The notes: generated by a model not told the origin, from the letters alone. 64,000 nucleotides of DNA from Opitutales bacterium (GCA_050331815.1 JBHJGM010000016.1:65653-129652), one strand, 5' to 3'. Counted from the stretch's first letter, positions 37,857-46,286 are shown. Translations and numbers: made by a program.

Positions 37857-38048
37857 CTAGTGCCGCTCAATCGAGGCGTCGATCCGTGCCAGCAGCGCTT
37901 GTTCTTCCTCCTGAGTGCGGCGCCGTACCTGCGACGCCTGCGAGAGCATCCGGATTACTTCCTGGCTCAGCGAGCGCTGATTCCGCTTGGCCCGCTCCTT
38001 GAGGCGCTGGTGCACTGCATCCGGCAACCCTTTGATTGTGATATTCAT
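37857..38048 (-). CDS. ribbon-helix-helix antitoxin (FitA/VapB/Arc-like)
   Basis: MNITIKGLPDAVHQRLKERAKRNQRSLSQEVIRML is a typical RHH antitoxin N-terminus. The start is set at ATG 38048..38046. Confidence 0.7.
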   Translation of the reverse strand: MNITIKGLPDAVHQRLKERAKRNQRSLSQEVIRMLSQASQVRRRTQEEEQALLARIDASIERH

Positions 38049-38125
38049 GGAACCAAATTGCCACCGTAGCGGTTTCACGTTAAGCGGACCGCTGGCCGCG
38101 TAAATTTCTTAATGCTTGTAGCGCT

Positions 38126-39493
38126 TTAGATGTCTTTCGGCAGCGCAAAGCAATCCCCGGTGTCGGTGATCCACTGCGCGAGCCGATCCTGCAACGCCCG
38201 GCGCTTCTGCCGGTAGGCCGAGTTATGCGCCAGATTCATCTGCTCGTACGGATCGTCATTAAGGTTAAACAGCATCAGCGGCTGGTGCTCAATGCAGACG
38301 TATTTCCAGCCGTCGGTCGTCACCACCCCACGCCAGGCGCGGTCGAGACTGTGCGCGTGCCCGGTCGGCACAACCAGTTGGATGAACGCGCTGTCCGGAT
38401 CCGGCTGGCTAGGCTCGCACCCCCAGACGCGGTGGTGCGCGTAGTCCGTGCCCTCCATCCACTCCGGGATCGGCAGTCCACACAGGCCCAGCGAGGTCGG
38501 CGCGTAATCGACGTGGTTAAACAGGATCGCATTGTCCGCGTGGCTGCGCTTACCGCTGTAGTAGGTGTCGCCCATGCCGTACAGCACGCAGGGCACCCGC
38601 AGCGATTCCTCCCACGGCGAGGTCTTGCGAAACTGCCCGTGACTGCCGTGCATGTCGCCATGGTCCGAGAAAAACAGCACGTGCGTGTCCTCGTCCAGCC
38701 CGGCTTCCTTCAGCGCGTCGTTGATGCGCCCGACGTTCCAGTCGAGGTTCTCGATCATCGCGTAGTAGCCGGCCAATTCCCGCGCGGCTTGCTGACGCAC
38801 CCAATCAATCTCGGGTACGTTGGCCCGAAACTCCACCGAGGCCGCATTGTGCCCCTCCATAAACTCCGCCGGAGCCCCGTAAGGGTCGTGCGGCGGCTGC
38901 ACGCTGAGCACCGCAAAGAACGGCTCCGCCTCGGGATTGTTTTTCAACGCCTCGCCCCGGTCGCGGAGGTACTCCAGGAGCAAGTTGGTCAGCTCGTCGG
39001 TCTCGTATCCAGGAAGCCGATACATCTCGACCTCTGCTTCCTCCATGTGCCCGTGCACCCAGCAGTCCCATGGCGCGTTGTTGTTCTCATAGCCGACCCA
39101 GTCGGTAAATCCGCCGCGTCGCTCCCAGGGGATCGTGTGCGTGCCTCCGCGCCCATCACGCTCGTGCCAGCCGTCCACATGCCACTTGCCAAAATAGCTC
39201 GTGCGGTAGCCGTGGGCGTTGAAGGCGGTCGCCACCGTCGGCAGCGCCGGGTCCAGTGGGTACTCGTGCCCGGGCACTGCGTTGTGCGGATAACGCCCAC
39301 TCAGTAGCGAACCGCGAAACGGACAGCACAGCGGGCAGCCGCCCACCGCACCGCCAAAGACCACGCCGGTCTCGGCCTTGGTGTCGAGGTTGGGCGTGTA
39401 GACATTCGGATCACCCGCGTAGCCCAGAGCCTGGGCGCGGTGCTGATCGCCAAAAATCCACAAAACATTGGGACGACGCGATGAAGTCGGCAT
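38126..39493 (-). CDS. Cys-type sulfatase (arylsulfatase A family), no signal peptide
   Basis: PNVLWIFGDQH is present, and the FGly motif is CCPFRGSLLSGRY (C-x-P-x-R). The metal-binding motif DHGD is also present. The start is set at MPTSSRRPN (ATG 39493..39491). Confidence 0.9.
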   Translation of the reverse strand: MPTSSRRPNVLWIFGDQHRAQALGYAGDPNVYTPNLDTKAETGVVFGGAVGGCPLCCPFRGSLLSGRYPHNAVPGHEYPLDPALPTVATAFNAHGYRTSYFGKWHVDGWHERDGRGGTHTIPWERRGGFTDWVGYENNNAPWDCWVHGHMEEAEVEMYRLPGYETDELTNLLLEYLRDRGEALKNNPEAEPFFAVLSVQPPHDPYGAPAEFMEGHNAASVEFRANVPEIDWVRQQAARELAGYYAMIENLDWNVGRINDALKEAGLDEDTHVLFFSDHGDMHGSHGQFRKTSPWEESLRVPCVLYGMGDTYYSGKRSHADNAILFNHVDYAPTSLGLCGLPIPEWMEGTDYAHHRVWGCEPSQPDPDSAFIQLVVPTGHAHSLDRAWRGVVTTDGWKYVCIEHQPLMLFNLNDDPYEQMNLAHNSAYRQKRRALQDRLAQWITDTGDCFALPKDI

Positions 39494-39595
39494 ACCGGCA
39501 TCGTCCACACCTGCCTCGCTTACGAAAAGGAAAATCGCACCCACCACTTAAGCCCGAGCGTGACAGCCCGAACCGTGAGCCCCATTCTGATTCTT

Positions 39596-40981
39596 ATGTC
39601 CAGTGCGGCCCCTCCCAACATCCTGTTTCTCACCTGGCATGATGCCGGACGCTGGTTCAACTGCTACGGCGTCGACACCGTAGACACCCCCGGCATCGAC
39701 CGCATCGCCGCCGAGGGCTGCCGTTTCACCCAGGCCCATTCGGCCTGCGCGATCTGCTCGCCTTCGCGCGCTGCCATGATGACCGGGCGCACCTGCCAGG
39801 CCGCCGGGGTCATGAGCCTCACCAACAACGTTTTTTCCAACCGCATCCATCCCTCCATTCGACACCTGGCCCGTCTGCTCAAGGAGGATCACGGTTACCG
39901 CACCGCGCTCTTTGGCGTGCAGCACGAGGCCGCGCACGAACATATCTGGCGGGTGCAGCAATTTGACGAGGCGCACCGTACCGACCCGTGGCCCACGGCC
40001 GATGTCTCCTGCGACGCGCTCATCGACTGGCTCGAGCAGCGAAAGACTGACACCGCACCCTGGTACGCGCAGATCGGATTCTTCGAAGGTCACCTGGGCG
40101 CGTTTTACAACGCACAGACGAATCCCGCGTATCCACAAGAGGACTACACCGAGAAAGGCCTGCATCTGCCGCCTTACCTGGCCGATGACGCACCCGGTCG
40201 CGCGACCGTGGCCAACCTCCAGGGCCTGCTGACCCGCGCCGGACGCGCCTTCGACCGCGTACTCGACGCCCTCAAGGCCAATGGCCAGGAGTCTAACACC
40301 CTGGTAGTGGTCTGCGTCGACCACGGCGTCGGGCTCGCCCGGGCCAAGACAACCTGCTACGACCCCGGCACTGCGGTCGGCTGGCTCATGCGCCTGCCCG
40401 GACGAGTCCCCACCAACCACACGGTCGAAAATCTGACCACGCACATCGACGTGTTTCCAACCGTCCTCGAACTCGCCGGCCATCCCGTCCCCGACGCCAC
40501 TCAGGGCCTCAGCTTTGCCCCGCACGCCTGCGGCCAGGCCGACCACGAACAAAACAAGGCCATCTTTGCCCACATGGTGGAAACCATCCGCTCCGTCCGC
40601 ACCCAGCGCTGGAAGCTGATCCGCAACTTCCAACCCTCCAATCGCGGCAAACTCTTCCCGGCCCGCGCGGGCTGGCTCTGGCGCTCCCGTCCTGATGAAA
40701 GACCCCCGGCCACCGATCCTAAAAACGCGCCTCACCTCGAACTGTACGATCTCCAGAAGGCTCCCGACGAGCACCAGAACCTCGCCAGCGACCCACAACA
40801 CCACGCCACCCTCGCGGAACTCGATGCCCGCCTCTGGGCCTTTTTATACGACGAAGGCGACCCGCTGATCCATCAGCCGGTGCGCACCCAGTACGACGTC
40901 GAGACCCGCGCCTCGCTCGAGGCTTTTTGTAAAAAAACAAGTCGAGTGCTTACCCAAGCCATCGGCCCGCGAGCATCGTAG
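39596..40981 (+). CDS. Cys-type sulfatase, no signal peptide
   Basis: PNILFLTWHD, CSPSRAAMMTGR and VCVDHG are present. The start is set at MSSAAPPN (ATG 39596). Confidence 0.9.
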   Translation: MSSAAPPNILFLTWHDAGRWFNCYGVDTVDTPGIDRIAAEGCRFTQAHSACAICSPSRAAMMTGRTCQAAGVMSLTNNVFSNRIHPSIRHLARLLKEDHGYRTALFGVQHEAAHEHIWRVQQFDEAHRTDPWPTADVSCDALIDWLEQRKTDTAPWYAQIGFFEGHLGAFYNAQTNPAYPQEDYTEKGLHLPPYLADDAPGRATVANLQGLLTRAGRAFDRVLDALKANGQESNTLVVVCVDHGVGLARAKTTCYDPGTAVGWLMRLPGRVPTNHTVENLTTHIDVFPTVLELAGHPVPDATQGLSFAPHACGQADHEQNKAIFAHMVETIRSVRTQRWKLIRNFQPSNRGKLFPARAGWLWRSRPDERPPATDPKNAPHLELYDLQKAPDEHQNLASDPQHHATLAELDARLWAFLYDEGDPLIHQPVRTQYDVETRASLEAFCKKTSRVLTQAIGPRAS

Positions 40982-41036
40982 GCAATCCAGCAGCACTCCC
41001 GACGAACGCACTTAAGCACATTGATTACGGGTTTGC

Positions 41037-41094
41037 CCAAAAACCAAGTGCGCAGCACTTGAGTCCTCCCGCGGTCACGCGGGTCCGCCGACCA
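41037..41094 (-). terminator. 58-bp two-hairpin terminator-like module, copy 1
   Basis: It is identical to 41205..41262. Read on the minus strand it gives CCCGCG-TGAC-CGCGGG, then AAGTGC-TGC-GCACTT, then GGTTTTTGG. Confidence 0.5.
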
Positions 41095-41100
41095 CGCCGC

Positions 41101-41136
41101 CATTGCGAGCGAGCGCAGCGACCGTCGCAATCCAGG
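41101..41136 (-). repeat. REP-like palindromic element, copy A (inverted orientation)
   Basis: The reverse complement of CATTGCGAGCGAGCGCAGCGACCGTCGCAATCCAGG is TGGATTGCGACGGTCGC...TCGCAATG. This matches the copies at 58864 and 61269. Confidence 0.75.
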
Positions 41137-41204
41137 CGCACGTCTGCACACAGCGCGATTTGAGGCTCACCTCATACAGGCTACACGACACGACATCTGG
41201 CCTG

Positions 41205-41262
41205 CCAAAAACCAAGTGCGCAGCACTTGAGTCCTCCCGCGGTCACGCGGGTCCGCCGACCA
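41205..41262 (-). terminator. 58-bp two-hairpin terminator-like module, copy 2 (overlaps the stop codon of 41243..42295)
   Basis: Same 58 bp as copy 1. The TGA stop of the upstream gene sits in the loop of the first hairpin. The second hairpin is followed by T5 on the minus strand. Confidence 0.6.
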
Positions 41263-42295
41263 TGTTTTTGACCAGGTTGAAAAAGCCCAGCTTGCGCTCA
41301 GTCGTGGGCATCCACTGCACGGGCGGGCATTGATAGCCATCGAGGTAATTACTTTGGCCCGGGTCAAAATAGCCCCAACTGGCATACTCGCTGACCGCCG
41401 CCACAAAATTGTTCATCGGTTGGTCGAAATCGAAGTGGTCGTCCTCGTTGAAAACGATGGGCATCGGTCGGTAGCCTTCGACCGCGCGCGTCTCGCGCAC
41501 CATCGCGGCAATCCGGTTCGGGTCGCCCACGTCGTTACCATGCAGCAGCAGATAATCCGAGGCCTTCACGACGTTGGGCAGCGGCACGGTTCCCCCGCCG
41601 TAGCTGGTGCTGACCCACAGCCGTCGTCCGTCTGCAGCCTGCGTCGCCTTTACGCGCTCGATCAGTTCGTGCACACGCGGCGGCTGCAAAATCGGGTGCG
41701 TGTAGCGCACGTTGCACTCGTTGTTCACCTCCAGCAGCAGGTTTTGATAGCCGGTCTGCAGGAGCCACTCCACGGCGTTGTCGACCGCGCGGATAACCGC
41801 CGCCTCGTCCGTCAGCCGGTGGTCCTGCCCAAAGTAAAACAGCCCCAGATTCACGACGAGGCCCAGCCGGTCGGCTTCCGCCAGAATCTTCGAAAGCCGC
41901 GCCAGGTACTCCGGTCGCAACGAGCCGTCGGCCTCAAAAGTGGAGTTATGCCAGGGTTGCTCCCGGCTGTACCCCTGCGGGCTGCCTCCCTGCAGATTGA
42001 AGCAGAGGCAGCGCAGCCCGTAGTCCTTCCAGACTGGCATCGCTTCGATAAACTCGCGCGTATTGCGGTCGGGGTCCCACTCGCCGGTGTCCGGGTAATT
42101 CCACCGCGAGCGCGTCTCGGGATTCAAATCGTCAAAAATCGCCTGCACCACCCGTGCGTTCAGCAGGAGACCCTCAATCTTGTGGCCGTTCCATTCGCGG
42201 CCCGGGTAGGTGGGCGTTCCGTTCAGGTAAAAAGCGTCGTCGACAATTGAGATTTCCGTCTGGGGCATGTCGGGCAGCCTGTCGGTTTGGGCCAT
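41243..42295 (-). CDS. cytoplasmic clan GH-A-like (cellulase-like TIM barrel) protein, family unassigned
   Basis: It has no signal peptide. LLLEVNNECN (NE motif) and PIVFNEDDH are candidate catalytic glutamates. The start is uncertain: GTG 42304, ATG 42295 or ATG 42268. Confidence 0.6.
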   Translation of the reverse strand: MAQTDRLPDMPQTEISIVDDAFYLNGTPTYPGREWNGHKIEGLLLNARVVQAIFDDLNPETRSRWNYPDTGEWDPDRNTREFIEAMPVWKDYGLRCLCFNLQGGSPQGYSREQPWHNSTFEADGSLRPEYLARLSKILAEADRLGLVVNLGLFYFGQDHRLTDEAAVIRAVDNAVEWLLQTGYQNLLLEVNNECNVRYTHPILQPPRVHELIERVKATQAADGRRLWVSTSYGGGTVPLPNVVKASDYLLLHGNDVGDPNRIAAMVRETRAVEGYRPMPIVFNEDDHFDFDQPMNNFVAAVSEYASWGYFDPGQSNYLDGYQCPPVQWMPTTERKLGFFNLVKNMVGGPA

Positions 42296-42327
42296 GGTTT
42301 GCACGCCTCTTCCCTGCCGACGTATCT

Positions 42328-42370
42328 CAAAAATAAAGCAGGGCCGCCAGCACTCGGTCTGGCGGCCCCT
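42328..42370 (-). terminator. intrinsic terminator after the CHRD/PEP-CTERM gene
   Basis: On the minus strand, GGGGCCGCCAG-ACCGAGTG-CTGGCGGCCC is followed by TGCTTTATTTTTGAG. Confidence 0.65.
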
Positions 42371-42412
42371 CTTTATAAAAGCAGCAATTCAGGAATCAGC
42401 CTTTGACGTCGT

Positions 42413-43063
42413 TCAGGCCTTCTTGCGGCGCAACAGTACGACCGCCGTCAGCAGCCCGATACCCACCAGACCGTAGGTCGAGGGCTCGGGAACGGCCGTG
42501 ATCTGCCCGCGGATGAGGCCCGCCGGATCGTTCTCACCGTGCAGGTTGAAGTAGAACTCCGTGTCCGCGCCCTGGGGCACGCTCAGGAAGTCCTGCGCGA
42601 TGTCGTTGATCGACTCGTTGGTCGGATCGCCACCGTCAAACGAACCGAAAACGGTGGTGGTGTTGTCGCTGTTGAGCACGATCTGCGCTTCGGGATCCTG
42701 GTCGGGGCCGAAGATACCCAGCGAGATCGGGCCGTTGGTGCCGCGTTCGCCGCGGTGGATGTGCAGCACCACGTCGTCGCGCACGATCTCCGAACCGCCA
42801 TTGTCCAGACCTTCGCCCGGAAACGCGTTGTCGAAGTTCACCGACGCGTCGAACACCAGTTCATAGTGCAACACGAAGCCCTCGGCTTCGGAACCGCTGA
42901 GAAACAGCGAACCGAATCCGGTGCCCGTTGAGTTGGTCTGCCCGCCCGGAGCGACTTCCTGCGCCGAGTCCAGAAAGGCCTGGAAACTCTGCGCCGTCAG
43001 CACCGACGGAACAACTAGAAGCGCTCCTAAGGTAACGCTTTGGAGGGTCTTTAACTTACTCAT
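42413..43063 (-). CDS. CHRD domain protein with a PEP-CTERM sorting signal
   Basis: It has a signal peptide. CHRD-like blocks are present (LDSAQEVAP...GTGFGSL; LHIHRGERGTNGPI; NLHGENDPAGLIRGQI). The C-terminal VPEPSTYGLVGIGLLTAVVLLRRKKA is a PEP-CTERM anchor. Confidence 0.8.
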   Translation of the reverse strand: MSKLKTLQSVTLGALLVVPSVLTAQSFQAFLDSAQEVAPGGQTNSTGTGFGSLFLSGSEAEGFVLHYELVFDASVNFDNAFPGEGLDNGGSEIVRDDVVLHIHRGERGTNGPISLGIFGPDQDPEAQIVLNSDNTTTVFGSFDGGDPTNESINDIAQDFLSVPQGADTEFYFNLHGENDPAGLIRGQITAVPEPSTYGLVGIGLLTAVVLLRRKKA

Positions 43064-43283
43064 GGTTGTGAGGTGTTTCTTGTTTCAAGCGCCACGATGA
43101 ATTCACAGCGCGACTACAGACCATAAGCACACCGCGCCCGCACACCCAGACGAAACAATCCGGCAACCTGCGGACAAGGATTTCCCTGACCCCAGCTCGG
43201 GGATAATCCCCTAAGAAACCTTCAGGATTGCGCGATTGTGAGATTAAGGCCCAGTGTGTTGATAAGAATCGCTCATTTTGCAC

Positions 43284-44639
43284 ATGCCCGAAAAGCCCCT
43301 CAATATCCTCTACTTTGTCGTACACGACCTCGGCAAACATCTCGGTTGCTACAACGGCGGACTCATCCACTCGCCCCGTCTCGACGCCTTCGCCCGCGAG
43401 TCCTTCCGCTTTCACAACGCCTTCACCAACGCCGCCTGCTGTAGCCCCTCGCGCGGCTGCGCCATGACGGGCCAGTACTCCCACGTCAACGGCCAGATTG
43501 GGCTCGCGCACATGGGCTGGTCCCTCCCGCAGTCCGCCAAAACCATTGTCGATTACTTCAACGAGGCCGGGCGCACCACGGTCCACTGCGGACTCAATCA
43601 CGAACGCCACGCCGGCGAAAATCACTACCAGCACGACTTCGAGGAACACTGGGACGACTGGGACGCCGCCAACGCCGTAACCAAGGCCCTCACCTGGCTC
43701 GAAAAACGCCCGGCGGATGCGGACCCCTTTTACCTCAACATCGGCACCCACGATGTGCACGCCTCGCGCTTCACCAAGGAACCCGCCGCCTATGCCCCCT
43801 ACAAGCCCGCGCCGGAAGACGTCTTCGTACCGCCCTGGCTACACGACACCCCGCAAATCCGGGCCTTTCTGGCCAACTTCCAAAGCGCCATCGGCTACCT
43901 CGATGTACAGTTCGGGCGGCTTCTGGACGGCCTCGACCGCCTGGCCTTGCGCGAGACGACCCTCGTCGTCTTTACCACCGCCCACGGCATCGCCGTGCCC
44001 CCGCGCCTTGCGAAGGGGACCTGCTACGACCGCGGCATGGAGATTGCGCTGCTGGCCCGCATGCCCGGCCCAAGCGCGCCCGGCAGTGACGTCCATCACC
44101 TCATCCAGAATATCGACTTCACGCCCACCTTCCTCGAATTGACCGGCGCGCCCGTCCCCGATTCCATCAACGGACGCTCCTTCGCCCCGCTCCTGCAAGG
44201 GCAGCCGTATCAGCCGCACGAATACATTTTTGTCGAGCGCAACTGCCACGGCGAACACAACCCCGAAGGCCCGGGCTTTCGCGACGTTTACGATCCCGTG
44301 CGCTCGGTCCGCACAAGCGACTTCCACCTGATCCGCCACTGCCACCCGGAACTGAAGGACCGCCCCCTGCGCCGCCACGAAGCCCCGCCGCCGCCGGACG
44401 CCAACGAGCGCACTTGGCCGACTTCCGGCGTCCCCCGCGCCGAAACGGAACTCTACTACATCGCGCAGGATCCCCTCGAGCTCTTCGATGTGGTGAACCA
44501 GCCCGAGTACGCTCCCGTGCGTGACCGCCTTTCCACGCTCATCGACACGTGGATGCGCGACACCGACGACCTCGCGCTGAGTAGCACCGCGCCTACGCCC
44601 CCCGAAAAGCCCGGCTGGGGCCCCTGGGAAAATCTTTGA
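43284..44639 (+). CDS. Cys-type sulfatase, no signal peptide
   Basis: LNILYFVVHDLG and CCSPSRGCAMTGQY (C-x-P-x-R) are present. The ATG at 43284 is preferred over the TTG at 43278. Confidence 0.9.
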   Translation: MPEKPLNILYFVVHDLGKHLGCYNGGLIHSPRLDAFARESFRFHNAFTNAACCSPSRGCAMTGQYSHVNGQIGLAHMGWSLPQSAKTIVDYFNEAGRTTVHCGLNHERHAGENHYQHDFEEHWDDWDAANAVTKALTWLEKRPADADPFYLNIGTHDVHASRFTKEPAAYAPYKPAPEDVFVPPWLHDTPQIRAFLANFQSAIGYLDVQFGRLLDGLDRLALRETTLVVFTTAHGIAVPPRLAKGTCYDRGMEIALLARMPGPSAPGSDVHHLIQNIDFTPTFLELTGAPVPDSINGRSFAPLLQGQPYQPHEYIFVERNCHGEHNPEGPGFRDVYDPVRSVRTSDFHLIRHCHPELKDRPLRRHEAPPPPDANERTWPTSGVPRAETELYYIAQDPLELFDVVNQPEYAPVRDRLSTLIDTWMRDTDDLALSSTAPTPPEKPGWGPWENL

Positions 44640-44713
44640 TCGCCGCATTTTCGGTCGCGAACCCATGCTTGCGGGCCGGCTTCCCAGCCCTAAGGTAAAG
44701 CCACCGGCCAGTC

Positions 44714-45427
44714 ATGTCTCAAGACGACGAACCCAACGTCCGCACGCAAGCGCCCCGGCGCAGCGTCACGCGCTCCTCGCTCTTTAGCGACAGCGCCCCC
44801 ACCGACGACTCGGGCGGCATCCTCAGCGGCGCACACCCCCTGGTCTGGCTCGCCCTGCTGATTGCTCTGGTCGCCTGCGGGCTGGCGGTCTTCCTGGGCT
44901 CCGGGCCCAGCGATCCGGAAACCCCACTGGCCACCCAGGCCGAGGTCGACTCCCTCAACCAGCAGATCGAAGCACTCCGCGCCGACCTGGGCGACCGCTC
45001 CCAGCGGCTCGACCAGCTCGTCACTCTCATCCAGGCCATCGACCAGAAGTCCCTGCCCACCCTGCGCACCGACATCCGCAACCTCCAGGGTGCCTTCCAA
45101 CTCACCGACAAGGACCTGCTCAAGCTCAAGCGCGCCGTCGAGGAGATGCAGGCCGCCGTGCCCGCCGCCCCCGTCGATAATTTCGCAGGCTCGGACCCGC
45201 CACCGGCCGCCACGCCCGTGGCTCCCGTCGACGCCGGGCGCGCCGCTCCGCCACCCCCACCACCGGCCCCCGTCGCGACCTGCAGCTACACGATTCGCTC
45301 GGGCGACACCCTCTGGCATGTCGCCAGCCGGCTGGGCATCCCTTTAAGAGATCTCCTCGACCTCAACCCGGAACTCGACCCCGACCGCCTCCAGCCCGGC
45401 ATGGTCATCAAGGTCCCCGCCAACTAG
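44714..45427 (+). CDS. membrane-anchored coiled-coil protein with a C-terminal LysM domain
   Basis: It has one TM segment (LVWLALLIALVACGLAVFL), a coiled-coil-like middle and a Pro-rich linker. The LysM block is YTIRSGDTLWHVASRLGIPLRDLLDLNP. Confidence 0.8.
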   Translation: MSQDDEPNVRTQAPRRSVTRSSLFSDSAPTDDSGGILSGAHPLVWLALLIALVACGLAVFLGSGPSDPETPLATQAEVDSLNQQIEALRADLGDRSQRLDQLVTLIQAIDQKSLPTLRTDIRNLQGAFQLTDKDLLKLKRAVEEMQAAVPAAPVDNFAGSDPPPAATPVAPVDAGRAAPPPPPPAPVATCSYTIRSGDTLWHVASRLGIPLRDLLDLNPELDPDRLQPGMVIKVPAN

Positions 45428-45436
45428 ACACTGCCG

Positions 45437-46009
45437 ATGGCCCAACCGCCTGCGCTCTGGGAAAACCTGGGCGAAAAACTCCACGCTCCCTGCTACGTCT
45501 ACGACGTGTACACCCGGCGTGTCCGCCATCCCGAATCCGGCGAAGAGGCCGAGTTCTACATCCAAAAAGCGCCCGACTGGGTGCAGGCCATCGCCCTGAC
45601 GCCGGACCGGCAACTGGTCCTCGCCCACCAGTATCGCCACGCCGCGCACGCCCTCAGCTGGGAATTTCCCGGGGGCGTGGTCGATCCCGGCGAAGCCCCC
45701 GAAGCCGCAGCCGTGCGCGAGCTGCGCGAGGAAACCGGCTACACCGGCCAACCGCCTAAGTACCTCGGCAAGGTCATGCCCAACCCAGCCCTCATCGACA
45801 ACTGGTCCCATTTCGTCCTGATCGAGGAGTGCCACCTCACCGACACCCTCGAGTTTGATGCCCACGAGGAGATCGTTGCCCGCACCGCCCCCCTCGACGA
45901 AGTGCGCCAGATGATCCTCGCTGGCGAAGTTCACCACTCCCTCATGGTCGCCGCCTTCTTCTTCCTCGAAAAACACCTCCAAGCGTCCGGTACACTTAAG
46001 AACCCGTAG
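45437..46009 (+). CDS. NUDIX hydrolase (ADP-ribose pyrophosphatase-like)
   Basis: The Nudix box GGVVDPGEAPEAAAVRELREETGY is present. Confidence 0.85.
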   Translation: MAQPPALWENLGEKLHAPCYVYDVYTRRVRHPESGEEAEFYIQKAPDWVQAIALTPDRQLVLAHQYRHAAHALSWEFPGGVVDPGEAPEAAAVRELREETGYTGQPPKYLGKVMPNPALIDNWSHFVLIEECHLTDTLEFDAHEEIVARTAPLDEVRQMILAGEVHHSLMVAAFFFLEKHLQASGTLKNP

Positions 46010-46286
46010 AAAAATCAAATGGTTTCCAGCGGTCGCCAAACACGAGGCGGTGTAGTGGCCGTAGCCAAAAAATCGAAAGCGCTTCTTTGCTACGCGCTGT
46101 AAGCTGGGGAAACCGCTCGACAGTGCAGCCGTGCCCCGCGCATTCTCCTGACCTTTCACACAGCGCGCCACCCCAGCCATCCCGGCGGATTACCACCATC
46201 CACCACGCATCCCGCACGACATACTACGTACTATTTATTAGCACCAAGCCCTAAGTATAAGTACCAGGCACCAAGTACTTAACCCC

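Noticed and set aside
35949-38069. Very long ORFs in the track that overlap well-supported genes on the other strand or in another frame. Examples: 35949..38069 (706 aa), 13620..14597 (325 aa), 20874..21848 (324 aa) and 29889..30980 (363 aa). Further examples: 32805..34226 (473 aa), 39548..40804 (418 aa), 54655..55932 (425 aa) and 56851..58386 (511 aa).
   Set aside because: Their translations are Arg/Ala/Gly/Pro/His-rich and low in complexity, with no recognisable motifs. Each lies antisense or out of frame to a gene with clear family signatures. Long shadow ORFs are expected in high-GC DNA because stop codons are AT-rich.
41037-41262. The 58-bp direct repeats as attL/attR of an excised or collapsed island derived from a tRNA 3' end (...GCCGACCA)
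   Set aside because: The hairpin loops (3-4 nt) do not fit a tRNA T arm or anticodon arm. No integrase or tRNA gene is nearby, and only 168 bp separate the copies. On the minus strand the element reads as hairpin-hairpin-T5, a terminator module, which explains it more simply.
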